Below are positions 62,541 to 64,000 of a stretch of 64,000 bases of DNA, one piece after another (the first letter of the stretch is position 1; each line of letters opens with the position of its first letter). Source of the stretch: a virus (taxonomy: Duplodnaviria; Heunggongvirae; Uroviricota; Caudoviricetes); IMG/VR virus record IMGVR_UViG_3300017971_000004, positions 64,001 to 128,000 of that record; one strand, given 5' to 3'. Both the position numbers and the translations under genes were made by a program. The notes under the pieces are model-generated. The model had not been told where the DNA came from and ran no database searches. It saw only the letters and a program-made list of their open reading frames with translations.

Positions 62541-63457
62541 ACTTGACTCGCTCGAAGGTAGATCGGCGTCTTGCCGAAGGTGTGGAGCGGAATGCCACTG
62601 GATACTTCGTAATCGCGCTCGATCTCGAAACGCGACAAACCGACCTGACGATGAGACAGTCCGGTATATTGAGAGATCGACCGTGTGGGCATCGCAGGAT
62701 TGTCGAGCAAGCAGCCCAGGACGACGAGCGCTTCGGGAGACAGTGTGTCACCGAGTCCCATGATTGTCTCGTCGGAGATAACTTGCTGCTCCGGGTTGGA
62801 GCCGTAGTCAGATAGATAGCTGGAAATCTCGGCGGAAGACGGATAGAGAGTGTGGTCGAATTCTTCGCGTGAGCTGGGGATATCGATGTCGACCAGATGG
62901 ACGGACTTGCGCATGTTCTTGACCTTGCGCTTCTCGGAAAACGTCTTCCTCGGACCACTCCGGACGGTGACAGCACGTTCGCTGATACTGTCGATCACGA
63001 AGCCTTTCTTAGCCGTGAAGTGAGAAGCGAGCAGATTCACATACTGCTGATGGATCTCACGGTAGACGCTCGACTCGATCTTGCCGCGCTTGACCAGCTC
63101 CAGGTTCTTGCAGTCGGTCCAGAAGCGTTTATGGAGACGCACGTTGTGCGGCAACGTCTCAATCAGGACCGCCATTCCATCGAAGGCGACAATGCGGTAC
63201 AGGTTCCCGTTGTAGCGCCACAGATTTTGGCGGTACATGTCGTTGACCTTGACGAGGCCGACGAAGATGTCTCCAAGCACATCTTCCGGAGGGGTGTTGG
63301 TTATCCTGGAAACTCGTTCGACGGCATGGCACAAGAAATTCGACCATCTGTTAATCGCAGCCGCCAGCGCTGGATGCTCCCGTTCCAGGCCGGCGATGGT
63401 CATCCTCACCATGACGTCCAGCTTCATCACGCCCTCCACAACTCCGCGATTCGTTCT
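62534..63457 (-). CDS. sigma-factor-like transcription protein (region 4 HTH)
   Basis: C-terminal PTRSISQYTGLSHRQVGLSRFEIERDY; start at internal MKLDVMVRM. Confidence 0.45.
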   Translation of the reverse strand, partial: RTNRGVVEGVMKLDVMVRMTIAGLEREHPALAAAINRWSNFLCHAVERVSRITNTPPEDVLGDIFVGLVKVNDMYRQNLWRYNGNLYRIVAFDGMAVLIETLPHNVRLHKRFWTDCKNLELVKRGKIESSVYREIHQQYVNLLASHFTAKKGFVIDSISERAVTVRSGPRKTFSEKRKVKNMRKSVHLVDIDIPSSREEFDHTLYPSSAEISSYLSDYGSNPEQQVISDETIMGLGDTLSPEALVVLGCLLDNPAMPTRSISQYTGLSHRQVGLSRFEIERDYEVSSGIPLHTFGKTPIYLRASQVC

Positions 63458-64000
63458 GCGGACAAACCGCCAGGGTCCTCGTGGCGTTCCAGTTGAATGA
63501 GACCCGCGTTGACACCGGACGCGAGCAGCTCGTTCTGGATCACCTTCCCGTAGTTCTTCTTCGGTGTCGCCGCATCGCCGTCGAGGCACACCTCGGGCGT
63601 AAGTCCGAGGTCACGGCAGATCTGCACGATGCGGTTGAGCTGCGCATCGGATGCCTCCTTTGTGAAGAGGCCGACGCTCTGAATGCCGAAACGATAGAGG
63701 TTCCATACGTCGGACGCGCCCTCCACGATCCAGAAACGGCCCGACCGGTTCCAAGGAAGCAGCCACCCCCCGTACAACAGTCGTTGAATCGGTGAAGACG
63801 AAGGACTGCGCCAACGCAGCCGCGATTTTGGGTTGAGGTAGCGGACCTGGAAGGTGAGATAGACACCGTTGAGATCGTAGACGGGAAGAATGATCGAGTC
63901 CTGCACGCTGATGCCAGCTGAAACGCCGAGACGCCCGTAGAGCAGCCCAAAAGTATCGATGACATTCCGGTCGAGACCACGCTCCTCCAGGTACGGGACG
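63427..64000 (-). CDS. Toprim-domain protein, probable DnaG-like primase; 5-prime end beyond window
   Basis: Toprim EGASDVW...LDGDAATPKK; reading frame stays open upstream of 63906 to the window edge. Confidence 0.45.
   Translation of the reverse strand, partial: VPYLEERGLDRNVIDTFGLLYGRLGVSAGISVQDSIILPVYDLNGVYLTFQVRYLNPKSRLRWRSPSSSPIQRLLYGGWLLPWNRSGRFWIVEGASDVWNLYRFGIQSVGLFTKEASDAQLNRIVQICRDLGLTPEVCLDGDAATPKKNYGKVIQNELLASGVNAGLIQLERHEDPGGLSAERIAELWRA

Overview
This 64 kb window appears to be part of a large, high-GC bacteriophage genome, or an excised or integrated phage. Almost every credible gene lies on the minus strand, so transcription runs from right to left across the window; long plus-strand ORFs are GC-rich antisense shadows. 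The right third (about 46.4-64 kb) is a T4-like replication and recombination module: family-A DNA polymerase, DnaX-type clamp loader, a candidate sliding clamp, a Toprim (DnaG-like) primase fragment that runs off the window end, a sigma-factor-like protein, RecA/UvsX, SbcD/Mre11 plus SbcC/Rad50, RusA resolvase and a trigger-factor-like chaperone. The middle carries large acidic hypothetical proteins (1278, 810 and 556 aa) that may be virion or ejected proteins. It also holds an HNH homing endonuclease, a Spo11/TopoVI-A-like winged-helix plus Toprim protein and an HD-domain (p)ppGpp hydrolase (small alarmone hydrolase, SAH). There is also an apparent operon of SNF2 helicase, GHKL ATPase with a C-terminal HExxHx5H motif, a (Asp-Thr)n-repeat lipoprotein and a gamma-class N6-adenine DNA methyltransferase, followed by a secreted lytic transglycosylase. 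At 10.43-11.81 kb there is a 13-gene tRNA array on the minus strand. Three of these tRNAs are class-I-length but carry Leu-type anticodons. At 1.8-3.95 kb there is a 2.1 kb non-coding, repeat-rich region with six GATGGGACCC iterons, likely an origin or packaging site. Sigma70-like promoters sharing the core TATATTGACAG and hairpin plus T-run terminators punctuate the minus-strand gene blocks. Three adjacent genes share a conserved N-terminal leader (MRLHGLN..LRRI). There are two apparent frameshifts. All coordinates derived by hand may be off by a few bases; protein calls rest on visible motifs only.
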